Positions 1 through 9,283 of a stretch of 64,000 nucleotides of DNA are shown in pieces. The notes below the pieces were generated by a model. That model saw only the letters and a program-made list of their open reading frames with translations. It ran no database searches and was not told the origin of the DNA. A program made the translations under genes and the position numbers. Origin of the DNA: Candidatus Obscuribacteraceae bacterium (GTDB taxonomy: Bacteria > Cyanobacteriota > Vampirovibrionia > Obscuribacterales > Obscuribacteraceae). Location of the stretch: NCBI GenBank assembly GCA_044226015.1, contig JBGAHS010000004.1, positions 768,001 to 832,000 on the forward strand. The letters run 5' to 3'. The first letter of the stretch is position 1. The number at the start of each line of letters is the position of its first letter.

Positions 1-1997
1 GCTGAATTTTCTGTCTCGGGCTCAGCTGATTTTGTCTCAGCTGATTCGCTGCTCACGGCAGAAGCTTGCAGATCATATAGATCGTCCTCATCTACAGGTG
101 TTGTATGAGGAACAAACATGACTGTGCGCCCAAGCAAGAAAGAACCCGCCGGAGGGCTGGCGCGGCGCAGTCCCTGTCGCCCGAAGCTTGCCATGTGCGA
201 AGCAATTTCATAGCAGCTTCTTGCTGCTCGCCGTCCGTTGTTTTTTGCCAATAAGGCGCGAGCGCTTATCTTTTCATTCTTCTTTATGGAGTCTTTCTGC
301 TCCTGGCGTTTTTCCATCAGTGCATTGATCTGGTCGCTGACCTTTTCTTTCAAGGTTTGCTCGCGTTTTTGATCCCCCTTCTCTGCGATGCCTTCGAGGC
401 TGCGTCGCAGGCTAGCTATTTCTTCGTCGATTGAAGCAATATCTTTAGTTGATTGAGCGATATTTTTTTGCATGCGCTGCACTACTGTGTCAGCTACTTG
501 CATTGTTTCAATTCCTGCTATGTTCGTTTGGTACAGCCTATTCAAGAAATCCATCAAAAGTTCTTGATCGAAATCGTTTGCATGAGGCATGCGAACAGAA
601 CCATCGGAATCAATGAGCAGTGGAAATGTGGAGTCGGGCATGAGTTCGCTAATCTTTTTTCCGGAAAACGCGGCAGCGACGGCTTTTTGACCCAGTCCTC
701 TGAATTGTGATTGCCGGTTCAACGTGAAGAGTGCAGCTCCGGTGTCCTTGAAAAAACCGCTGTTTAGTTCGTCGGATTCGTCAGCTTCATGATCCGCATG
801 CAAGGAGACGCTCGATATGGGTTGCTTGAGAAGTTCAACTAATGTTTCTGGTACCAGACCAGGGCCAGCACTGAAAATAAAACTGTAGAAAGTGTCAAGG
901 GCTGCCAGGTTAGGCGCTCTGTGTAAGCTCGGGTTTGGCTTTGCTGCAGTTAGATGTCCCGGTCCTGGAACCGCAGCAAAAGCTGCCTGAAGCCAATCAC
1001 CGTCTGTGGTGGTATAACGTTTGCTATCAAAAAAATCGCCAAGACTCGCAAAACTAGAAAGATAGCCTTGTGGAAAGCTAAACATCAGCACCGAGTTCTC
1101 TATGGCTAAATTAGGCGCACCTACGAGCGCACATGATTTCATCTTCTGCAGTTTTTGCGGGCTGCCTCGATCTGATACATCGAACTCCGCTTCTATGTAA
1201 ACTGCTGAGGCCACCGCTGTTTCACTTATAGGTACAAACTGCTCGGGGGGCACGAGAATAATCTGGTCAGCTTGCTCGTAAAATTCGTATTTGCTATCTC
1301 CGATTTCGACCGGAATATGGGTCTTGTAATTGCCTTTGAGTCCGTAGACCACTGAGGCTGGAGTTCCTGCAGGCAAAAGCGCTTTGCTGGAGAATTCCTG
1401 ATTGCTAATGCCCCCGAGGACAATCTTCAAATTGCGAAGTCTGTTTTCTGTTCCGCTTCGTGAAAAAACTTTGTGGGCCAGCGCTTTCAACGATTGATGA
1501 CCAAGGATGTTTTGTTGGGAGGTAGGTTTTGCCAGTTCCCTTTCCATGCGTGCAAAACTGCTAGCCAGTGAGGCGGCATCACTTATGTCATTTGCTACCA
1601 GCATTTTCAGGTGCGGAGAATGAAGTGAGTCTGCAATTATGTTGTCGAGCGCCAGGGTCGCATGAAGATAGTTCAGCCCTGTTTGTTGCCGCTGATTGTC
1701 CCGCACCTGTAATAGTCCTACGTCGCCAAACTTGCTGTGCTTTACAGTTAAAGTGCTCAGCTCGTTTGCCAATACCAACGCGGCTTTATCAAGATCGCTC
1801 TGGCTTGCCGCAGGGGCAAGGTGTTGTACAAGAATGATTGCATAAATGCTGATCAGCACACTTGACAAAATGACGTGCCAGCAAATTTGCAGGAACTCTG
1901 TTCGCCTTTTTCTCGTTTTGGCACGAGGGTCTGGCTCGCTGAAAAGCAAGTCTGAGGGAAGATTGGGAGTCTCTGGCTCTGGGCTGCTGGTTGTCAT
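1..1997 (-). CDS. Membrane-anchored hypothetical protein, runs off the left window edge (>665 aa); possibly TadG-like
   Basis: Not in the ORF track because it has no stop in the window. Hand translation from the ATG at 1997 gives MTTSSPEPETPNLPSD...ICWHVILSSVLISIYAIILVQHL (one TM). The same frame reads a coiled-coil (IASIDEEIASLRRSLEG) and ...SAEPETENS at the window edge. I translated the two ends, not every internal codon. Confidence 0.75.
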   Translation of the reverse strand, partial: MTTSSPEPETPNLPSDLLFSEPDPRAKTRKRRTEFLQICWHVILSSVLISIYAIILVQHLAPAASQSDLDKAALVLANELSTLTVKHSKFGDVGLLQVRDNQRQQTGLNYLHATLALDNIIADSLHSPHLKMLVANDISDAASLASSFARMERELAKPTSQQNILGHQSLKALAHKVFSRSGTENRLRNLKIVLGGISNQEFSSKALLPAGTPASVVYGLKGNYKTHIPVEIGDSKYEFYEQADQIILVPPEQFVPISETAVASAVYIEAEFDVSDRGSPQKLQKMKSCALVGAPNLAIENSVLMFSFPQGYLSSFASLGDFFDSKRYTTTDGDWLQAAFAAVPGPGHLTAAKPNPSLHRAPNLAALDTFYSFIFSAGPGLVPETLVELLKQPISSVSLHADHEADESDELNSGFFKDTGAALFTLNRQSQFRGLGQKAVAAAFSGKKISELMPDSTFPLLIDSDGSVRMPHANDFDQELLMDFLNRLYQTNIAGIETMQVADTVVQRMQKNIAQSTKDIASIDEEIASLRRSLEGIAEKGDQKREQTLKEKVSDQINALMEKRQEQKDSIKKNEKISARALLAKNNGRRAARSCYEIASHMASFGRQGLRRASPPAGSFLLGRTVMFVPHTTPVDEDDLYDLQASAVSSESAETKSAEPETENS

Positions 1998-2218
1998 AAG
2001 TATGATTCTGCTCCCATCTATAATAGGAGAAATCCAACTATTTTTCAGCAAGTGCGGACTAATGATGATACCTGACTTGCAGAAGGAGGCAAAGTTTGGG
2101 TATTTCTCAATTCAACACAGCTAGTGCCATCTCTTTTCCTTGCTACTGTATATGGTGCCTTGCGGGGTCGCCTGCGGGGCGCTTTTTTAGAGGCAAAAAC
2201 TAAAATGAACTAAGCTTG

Positions 2219-2758
2219 CTAGATTCGCAGGCTGCCGACTTTGCTAGCGCTCACTGATGTTTCCCCCTGCGCGATAGCTTTAGCGAAACTCTCCAGTTCT
2301 ACACTACTCAGCATGTACAGGGGATGTCTTGGCTGCAGCTGTTTTGTGATGCCCATGCACATTAGTTCTCTTGTGCTCAAGTATTTCAGAACAGACTTAG
2401 CGCGTTCTTGTCTGGCTATTGGCAAATTTCCCCAGGCGAGCACGCAAACCTGGCTATGGGAGACTGTTCTCTTTATGTGCATGTCATTGTGAGGACCGAC
2501 GGGATCTTCCGCTTGCCAGAGATCTCTGGGCTTGGTGCTGCGATAAGCAAACAGGTTTACCACTTCTAGCCCACCAAAGCCCCAGCTGTTAGCCATGTTC
2601 ACACAACGAGTGATTGTGGGGTCATTTGCGGTGGCATCTGCGGTGCTAGGGTTTAGCATAATCATGCAAACTGAGGGAAGTTTTGCGTTCCATCGGCGCC
2701 AGAGTCTATATCGGTATTTTCCGCTCTCATCAAATACGGCGCCGAATGATTCTTTCAT
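2219..2758 (-). CDS. DUF1643 family protein
   Basis: Motifs YRYRLWRRW, MLNPSTAD, DPTITRC, VNLFAYRST, AWG, PRHPLY. Confidence 0.9.
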   Translation of the reverse strand: MKESFGAVFDESGKYRYRLWRRWNAKLPSVCMIMLNPSTADATANDPTITRCVNMANSWGFGGLEVVNLFAYRSTKPRDLWQAEDPVGPHNDMHIKRTVSHSQVCVLAWGNLPIARQERAKSVLKYLSTRELMCMGITKQLQPRHPLYMLSSVELESFAKAIAQGETSVSASKVGSLRI

Positions 2759-2851
2759 TTGCCTGTTCCGAAAGGATGCCGCTTAAACCATAACATGCCT
2801 TCAGAAAATTGAAAGAGTATTTGTTATGGATGTTAAGGCGAAAGTCCCAAA

Positions 2852-3508
2852 TCAGGTCCACAGGTGAGTATTTCGAAAGTAAGTAGCTTGTTGCTCTGGG
2901 TGTTTTTTTCGAAATTCTTTATAGCGTTTTAGTAAGCGCTGATAGCGTGCTTCCGGCGTGGAAAGGGAATCGTGTCTGATAGCCAGAAGGTATTTTTCGA
3001 GTTTCCAGAGGTTACGCTTTGAGAAGCGCCAATCATAATTGCCCAATTCGCTTAATTCGACGACCTTGAAACCAGTGATTCTTCCGGAGAAATCAACATA
3101 GGGGTCTATATAGCTTGCTGCCAGAGCCCGTGCTGTTTTGAAAACCGGTTTGCGCCCATGAAGTCCCTCATCACGAGATCTGGCGATAGAGCCCCATAAA
3201 CCATTCTTCTGATAAACATAAATAACGTGATCGAGATGATCGATCGATTCGAAACTTATTAGACGAGGTGGGTAGCCGTGTTGTTCAAGTATTGCAGCGG
3301 CTGTGAGTGCTGCTTCCAGGCAGTGAGCAGAGCCTTTGCTAACTACGGTTCGGAAAGATCTCTGGCTGTCACCCTCTTCTTCCTTGTTGTAGACCAAGCT
3401 TCGCAAGTACTTTTGCACCTGAAGCGGGGTTCTGTGGCTTTCAATGATTTTCCATTCTTTTCGTGTGAACGCTGATTTCTCTGGTTTCATTGTCATTGCG
3501 TCTTTCAA
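2852..3508 (-). CDS. Conserved hypothetical protein, possible transglutaminase-like (Cys/His) fold
   Basis: 218-aa ORF abutting the upstream gene; AHCLEAA and DHV motifs. The true start may be one of the ATGs a few codons in. Confidence 0.65.
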   Translation of the reverse strand: MKDAMTMKPEKSAFTRKEWKIIESHRTPLQVQKYLRSLVYNKEEEGDSQRSFRTVVSKGSAHCLEAALTAAAILEQHGYPPRLISFESIDHLDHVIYVYQKNGLWGSIARSRDEGLHGRKPVFKTARALAASYIDPYVDFSGRITGFKVVELSELGNYDWRFSKRNLWKLEKYLLAIRHDSLSTPEARYQRLLKRYKEFRKKHPEQQATYFRNTHLWT

Positions 3509-4936
3509 TTATTGTCGGTACTTTGTCTGAAGATAAGGCATCAACGCACCCAAATCAGCTCTGATAATTTGAGTAACTTGTTCTCTACTTTCTATGTACG
3601 AGCGCGGGCGGAAATTGAACAATGCCGCCCAGCTGAGCCCGTTGCCCTGGTGCTCTACCAGCGCCATTGAGCCGGGCAGACTGCCATGTCTCGAAAAATA
3701 TAGCAAGTTTCCGTTTTCGTCTTTAGAGACTTCCCAACCTTTAGCGAAATACTCCGATGCATTTTTCCAGCATTCTATTTTTGGACGTTCAAACATTGTC
3801 TCTGTGGTCTTGGCGTTTAAAAGAGATGGAATCTCGCTGCTTCCTGAGACAATGTCGACAAGTTTGACCAGGTCTTCTGCGCTTGCAACCCAACCAATCG
3901 AACCCGGCGCTGATTCCAGTACGAAATAGCCACCGTAAGCTAGAGACAGTGGACCCCTCTCGTTAGGTAACATGCTATCTGATTTTTCGTCAGAATCGGC
4001 ATAGTACCTCACCTCATCAGGAAGGTGCTTTCTCTCTACTGTAGCACCGGGTTTGATACCACTAAGTTTCATCGGCTCAAGCACATTCTTGCTTATGAAG
4101 TCGTAGTAGCTCATCCCGCTGACTCTTTCAATTATCTTTCCGAGGATGATATAGCACGAGTTTGAGTACTCATAATTAGTACCTGGGTCAAAGTCCAGTC
4201 TGTCGTTTAGTAGATAGCGAATTATTGATGTTGGCGTCGGTCGTAGCGATCTCGAGCAATTATTAGCTGAGTCGCTGAGCATAGTTCCAAACATTGGGTC
4301 GCCATGCACATCCTGATTCCAGCCAGCGCTACATTCCAAAAGATGTCGTATTGTTATCAATTTTATGCGTGGGTCAGGCGGCACAGCCGGGTTGCAAGGC
4401 TTCATTTCATTGAGTATGTCAAAGGCTTTTTGATCAAGGGAGAGCTTTCCCTCTTGAACCAGGCGTAAAATGCCTATCGCCGTGATCGATTTTGAAATAC
4501 TTGCTAATCTAAAAAGGTCTTTGGTCTTAGCAAACCTTTTCGTCGACCAATCAGCCATACCAATGGCGCGGGCAAATAGTAACTTGCCGTTATATGAAGC
4601 TGCAATGGAAACACACGGTATGTTCCACCGGTTTAAGAAATCTCGCAAGTCAACATCAAGTCGTTTAATCTCCGACCGATTGTCTAGCGCATTGGGTTCA
4701 CTTTTCTTGTCTAGGGTTTTGCCCGCAGCTGTCGGTGCAGAATCAGTCGCCTCATCTGCCGGGACGGTGCCGGTCGTCCTTATCGGCTTTTTGAGAACTG
4801 CTGAGCTAGCTGACTTGCTCGCGCTTTTTGCAGTTGTATTTTTGTCTGCTTTGTTATCTGCTGCGTCTGCAGAGCTGAATCTCATGGAGAGACACAAGCA
4901 AATCATTGCAATAAGTTTTGGAGACCGTTGGTTCAC
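3509..4936 (-). CDS. Secreted serine hydrolase (beta-lactamase class C / DD-peptidase family)
   Basis: Signal peptide; FRLASISK (SxxK), YSN, HGSLPG. Confidence 0.9.
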   Translation of the reverse strand: MNQRSPKLIAMICLCLSMRFSSADAADNKADKNTTAKSASKSASSAVLKKPIRTTGTVPADEATDSAPTAAGKTLDKKSEPNALDNRSEIKRLDVDLRDFLNRWNIPCVSIAASYNGKLLFARAIGMADWSTKRFAKTKDLFRLASISKSITAIGILRLVQEGKLSLDQKAFDILNEMKPCNPAVPPDPRIKLITIRHLLECSAGWNQDVHGDPMFGTMLSDSANNCSRSLRPTPTSIIRYLLNDRLDFDPGTNYEYSNSCYIILGKIIERVSGMSYYDFISKNVLEPMKLSGIKPGATVERKHLPDEVRYYADSDEKSDSMLPNERGPLSLAYGGYFVLESAPGSIGWVASAEDLVKLVDIVSGSSEIPSLLNAKTTETMFERPKIECWKNASEYFAKGWEVSKDENGNLLYFSRHGSLPGSMALVEHQGNGLSWAALFNFRPRSYIESREQVTQIIRADLGALMPYLQTKYRQ

Positions 4937-4986
4937 TTCGCAGCCGACCTGCTAATAAAATTGCATCCGAGTTTAGGCTATTATAG

Positions 4987-5583
4987 TTGAGTTGTCTTGA
5001 ACTGAACGCCCCGATGTTTTTCAAAATCAAAGTATTTGAAAAAAAAAGGCATTTTAAAGCAATGCTGTTATCTGCAGCCTTGCTGCTTTCGGCCGGGTGT
5101 TCGAACCATAGCAGCGAAGACCTTATTTCGAGAAATTCTGAATCAGACTATATGCGAGACGAAATTGTGCAACGCAACATGGCGAATGTACAAATTGCAG
5201 CAGAGCACTACTGCGCTGATCATGAGCCTGATAAGTTTCCGACAAAGCTGGACGATGCGTTCTTGACCTATCTTCCGGGCGGCACCGAAAATAAGGTGCC
5301 TTCAAGCACGGGTCAGCCCAATCCATTTACAGGCAAACTTGAATTTCCAATAGTCATTAAAGCCGGAAGCAAGGAATTTCCAGAACTTCCTGTGATTAGA
5401 ACCCCAGACGACGTTCGGCAATTACGCGATGGAAAGCGCTTCAAGATTGGTCAAGGTGTAATTGTGTACTTTGCACTCGAAAATGCTGCCGGTTATGCCA
5501 TCGTTGGTGGTGCTCATGATTGTTATTCTTTAATGGACCACCTTAACGATGGAAAGGTTCTGGTCTTTAGTAACATCGACTAA
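4987..5583 (+). CDS. Lipoprotein with pilin/pseudopilin-like globular domain; paralog of 38635..39129
   Basis: Lipobox LSAGC; NMANVQIAAEHY..D...FP, NPFTG, VLVFSN. The start may be the ATG at 5014. Confidence 0.75.
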   Translation: MSCLELNAPMFFKIKVFEKKRHFKAMLLSAALLLSAGCSNHSSEDLISRNSESDYMRDEIVQRNMANVQIAAEHYCADHEPDKFPTKLDDAFLTYLPGGTENKVPSSTGQPNPFTGKLEFPIVIKAGSKEFPELPVIRTPDDVRQLRDGKRFKIGQGVIVYFALENAAGYAIVGGAHDCYSLMDHLNDGKVLVFSNID

Positions 5584-5740
5584 TTCTGTCCTTGGTCACG
5601 AAACCTCCACTTAATTTTTGTACTTTTAAGGACAAATTGAGTGTCTTGAGATTAAATTACCAGTTGCGTTGTCAGGAATATGACCGCTTTTGTGTATATA
5701 AATTTTAAGACTCGGGGAAAAGACCGGTGCGGCTGAAGTC

Positions 5741-8700
5741 TTGGATTCTTTCGGAGCAGGAATGAAAGAAACGAACAACGAATCCACAAAGTCTGAAAAC
5801 CTGGTTCCGCAAGCTAAAGCGGACGAGAGGCTGATTTCTGAGGTTCTTGGCGGGAAGACCGAGCCCGAGTCGACAGGCAAGCATGAAGGTACTGAAGGTG
5901 CCGGTCATTCCTTGTTTCTCAGCGTTATGATGAATAAGGAAGCTGGCTCTGGAAAGTCCGCTGAGACTGTCGCGGACGGAAAAGACGGTAAAGACAAAGA
6001 TTCGAAAACCGGCAAGGATAAGAAGCGTTCATCTGACCCTTCCGAGTCCATCGACGACAGAGAGCATGATAAAGACCCTTCCAGAGAGTCCAGAGAGAAG
6101 GATGAGAAAGCTAAGGACAACGGTCTTGGTTCGGTCGGCCCTAAGCCAACCGAGGTAAAGGCGGATAATTCCGGCGGTTTGCTCGCTCGAGCATCTCTTC
6201 TGGCTATGAATTCGGCGGGCGATTCGATATCTAGTGGCTCAGCAGTAATGAGAGCTGTCGCTTCCGGTGCAGCTGAAATCGCCAGTAAGCATGAGTTCGG
6301 GAAGAATGAAATCGCAGCTAGTCCAAATGAGGGAATTGCTGCTCCGAAAATTGACAATGTAAATATTCCACAAGCATCCGACAAGCATGAAATGCGCCAT
6401 GGATCGGAGATTGATAGCAAGCTGATTGACGTAACAGTTAAGACTGCCGCTCTGGATGTGATGGGAGGCGCTGCGGCATCCATTTCCATTTCAAGGTCTA
6501 TGGCTGCTGATCTCTCTCGAAAAGATGGTGGCGCGCTCGGTGAGCGGAAGATCACTGCACTTGAATCTAGTGTAAGTGCTGCCTTCAATCACGTTGAACC
6601 AAGCTCTAACATGATGAGCCATACGAAGCTCGTGGACGCTGTTGCTCCTGCCTCTGGTCCTGCTGTGGCTTTTCCACCTAAGGTGACTGAGCTAGTCATT
6701 CCTCGCCCGGACACAAAATCGTATAACGAAAATCTTTCGACTCTGCATGTTTCAACACCTAATGTCGGTGATTTCTCTCCCCACATGGTGCCGAAGTCAA
6801 TCGAATCGTCGCCCGCAGCGAATGTATTTGTTCCGCTGAGCAATTTTCATTCTGCAGACATGGGACCGTCTTCGGTGCCGCCAGCTGCTACGCGTGAGCT
6901 TATCGCATATAACTTTCACGACATTCGCGGCAGCGCAAACGATATTCATCCGTCGGTTATCGGTCCAATTATTAGTGGTCCGATTGAGAAACCTCCAGTT
7001 GTAGTGCATGTTCCGACGCCTGATGTGGTTCAGCCCATAGTAAAAGGCGGCACAACGGGCATAGTCGTCAGCGGAAATGGCAGCGACAATTCGTTCGGCA
7101 AAACTCAGATGGCTTTTATTCCCAACTCACAGAAAAACTTCTGGGAGCCAGACCGCCAGGCGGATCAGTACAAGGCTGACAAAGAAGCAGCTGATCGTCG
7201 AACACAAGATGAGAAGGCAAAAGAAGCAAAGGCTGCTGAGCAGAAATTAGCTGAGCAGAAGGCTCTTGAACTTGCAAAAGAGCAGAAGCAGCAAGATCAA
7301 ATAAAAGCACAAGAGCAAGCAAAGTCGCGCGACAAATCAGCTGAGCCAAAGCACAATGCTGAGCTTAAGAATGAACCGGCGAAAAATGAGCCGGGCAAGG
7401 TGCGTGAGGAAACGGTTAACAAAATTCTTGATGCTGCTGTGAAATCATTTCAGGCATCAAAAGCAGGTCATACAATTGATTCCAATAAGATCGAGAGCAT
7501 GACCTTAAATCTTGCGCACCTCAAGAATGCTGAGAATGCTCGCTCGTCTAGTTCTGGCGTGCCAATTTCACAGATAATTTCATTGGCTGGCGGAAAAGAG
7601 CCTGAGAAATCAGGAGTCCACAAGCCCGCAGATGCTGGTCAGCAACAAGCTAAAACTGAGTTGCCGATGGGTCCGGTTGCTTTAACCAAGAATGGTCTGC
7701 CTCAAGAAAAGTCGGCCGCGCCTCTTGAATCAAAAGCTGTGCAAAGCAACCTGGCTCAGTCCTCCGTTGTTTTGAAAGCCATTGAAGCAGGTGCTCGCGG
7801 AACGAACTTAAATATCGAGCAAGCCACTGCAAAAACACAAACAAACAAATCACTTGAGCAAGCTGCTGTTAGTCAACGCACCACTGATGGTATCTTGGGC
7901 GTCAAAAATATCGAGCCTCCCAAGACTCTCTCTGCCACCAAAAATGGTGAATCTAAGTCCGATGTTCTTGTGTCTAAATCAACGGATAGAGTATCTCAAA
8001 TCGCCAAATTTGCAGGCTTGACTGAGGCTAGCGCCAGGCTGTCCAGTGAAGTGAATATCAAGTCTGCTTTGCGTATTAGCCCAGCCGATTTATCTGGAAG
8101 CACTCTTCGTTCATGGATGGGAGACACGGCGAAGTTTAGACCAGATGCTCTGCCACGCGTGACAGAATCTACTCTTGCTGCGCAAAACAGCGCTTTGGGA
8201 CAGCTTAAGATGAACCTCTCTGTTCCTCCAGAGCAACGCAACATACTCAGCGGCAGCAACAAGCAAGTCAATGAACTGAACACGAAAGCTGCTAGCGCTA
8301 ATGCCTCTTCCGAGCTTGCTATCAACGCGGCGAAGAGGCTGAGCGAAGAGCCCCGCTTGCTCGTAAACAAATTGGCAGATGCCTTAAGCAATAGCAAAGC
8401 CTTTGACACATCACTTTCTGCAGCCTCGCCAAGCAACATTGTGCGTGCTAACTCATTGCGTGGCTCTGAGCTTCCAAGTTCTGCAGGATTGGTCAATCTG
8501 GATTACGTAAATCGCTCTCTGGATTCTCTGAAGACGTGGCAAGCTTGGGCTGAGCGAACCCAGGGTTCGCAAAGAAAAGTGAGTTCGAAAAATCGAATTC
8601 CTGAAGATAGAATCGACAGAAGCCTGCTCAAAACTGACTTTTACGACATACCTGAAATCGCCGGTATTGATGCAGAAGACCAGAAACCAGTTGTGCCCAA

Positions 8701-9253
8701 TAAATCTGCTTTCTTGATTGCTCTAATATTGAGCATGTCCGGAGTCAGCCGTCGTCGCGGTTCCACTGTGTCGGCTGAAAATGTGCAAGGACTGTTGAGT
8801 TCTTTCAGCAAAGTTACAGGTTCTGAGGACAACGGAAATTCGTTCAAAAATCTGCATCGTAGAACACACCTCGTTGAACCAGGAGACACCTTGCAATCGA
8901 TAGCTGAGCGCTACTTCAGTGATTCTAGAGTTGCCTGGCTAATTGCCGATTTGAATTCTGCAGCAATCGACGAGCATGGGCTTGACGTTAAGCGAGTAGT
9001 TGAATTGAAGGCAAGGCAATCGCTTGAGCTTCCTGAAGCAGAAGAAGTGCAAGTCTTTCTAGCTGGCATCCCCAGAGATTTCGATATCGATCAGCGGCTG
9101 GTTACTATCGTTAATGACACTATGATTAACATGGAAGTTCTGAAACAATTCCTTGGTCCAATTATCGGCAGTCTGAACGCACAAGACCAATCTGCTGATC
9201 AACAGAAGGAATTGCTTGGAGAATTCACTATCCTCGGAGCCGATTGCGCCTAG
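5741..9253 (+). CDS. Large low-complexity protein with C-terminal LysM domain
   Basis: 1170 aa; HLVEPGDTLQSIAERYF...LIADLN is LysM-like; a hydrophobic helix (FLIALILSMSG) lies just before it. Confidence 0.85.
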   Translation: MDSFGAGMKETNNESTKSENLVPQAKADERLISEVLGGKTEPESTGKHEGTEGAGHSLFLSVMMNKEAGSGKSAETVADGKDGKDKDSKTGKDKKRSSDPSESIDDREHDKDPSRESREKDEKAKDNGLGSVGPKPTEVKADNSGGLLARASLLAMNSAGDSISSGSAVMRAVASGAAEIASKHEFGKNEIAASPNEGIAAPKIDNVNIPQASDKHEMRHGSEIDSKLIDVTVKTAALDVMGGAAASISISRSMAADLSRKDGGALGERKITALESSVSAAFNHVEPSSNMMSHTKLVDAVAPASGPAVAFPPKVTELVIPRPDTKSYNENLSTLHVSTPNVGDFSPHMVPKSIESSPAANVFVPLSNFHSADMGPSSVPPAATRELIAYNFHDIRGSANDIHPSVIGPIISGPIEKPPVVVHVPTPDVVQPIVKGGTTGIVVSGNGSDNSFGKTQMAFIPNSQKNFWEPDRQADQYKADKEAADRRTQDEKAKEAKAAEQKLAEQKALELAKEQKQQDQIKAQEQAKSRDKSAEPKHNAELKNEPAKNEPGKVREETVNKILDAAVKSFQASKAGHTIDSNKIESMTLNLAHLKNAENARSSSSGVPISQIISLAGGKEPEKSGVHKPADAGQQQAKTELPMGPVALTKNGLPQEKSAAPLESKAVQSNLAQSSVVLKAIEAGARGTNLNIEQATAKTQTNKSLEQAAVSQRTTDGILGVKNIEPPKTLSATKNGESKSDVLVSKSTDRVSQIAKFAGLTEASARLSSEVNIKSALRISPADLSGSTLRSWMGDTAKFRPDALPRVTESTLAAQNSALGQLKMNLSVPPEQRNILSGSNKQVNELNTKAASANASSELAINAAKRLSEEPRLLVNKLADALSNSKAFDTSLSAASPSNIVRANSLRGSELPSSAGLVNLDYVNRSLDSLKTWQAWAERTQGSQRKVSSKNRIPEDRIDRSLLKTDFYDIPEIAGIDAEDQKPVVPNKSAFLIALILSMSGVSRRRGSTVSAENVQGLLSSFSKVTGSEDNGNSFKNLHRRTHLVEPGDTLQSIAERYFSDSRVAWLIADLNSAAIDEHGLDVKRVVELKARQSLELPEAEEVQVFLAGIPRDFDIDQRLVTIVNDTMINMEVLKQFLGPIIGSLNAQDQSADQQKELLGEFTILGADCA

Positions 9254-9283
9254 TGCCAGGCTGTGTGAAAGCTAAGACTTTCT

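Noticed and set aside
453..2124. Short ORFs listed in the track
   Set aside because: Shadows of the long minus-strand gene 1..1997; the same applies to most short antisense ORFs in the window.
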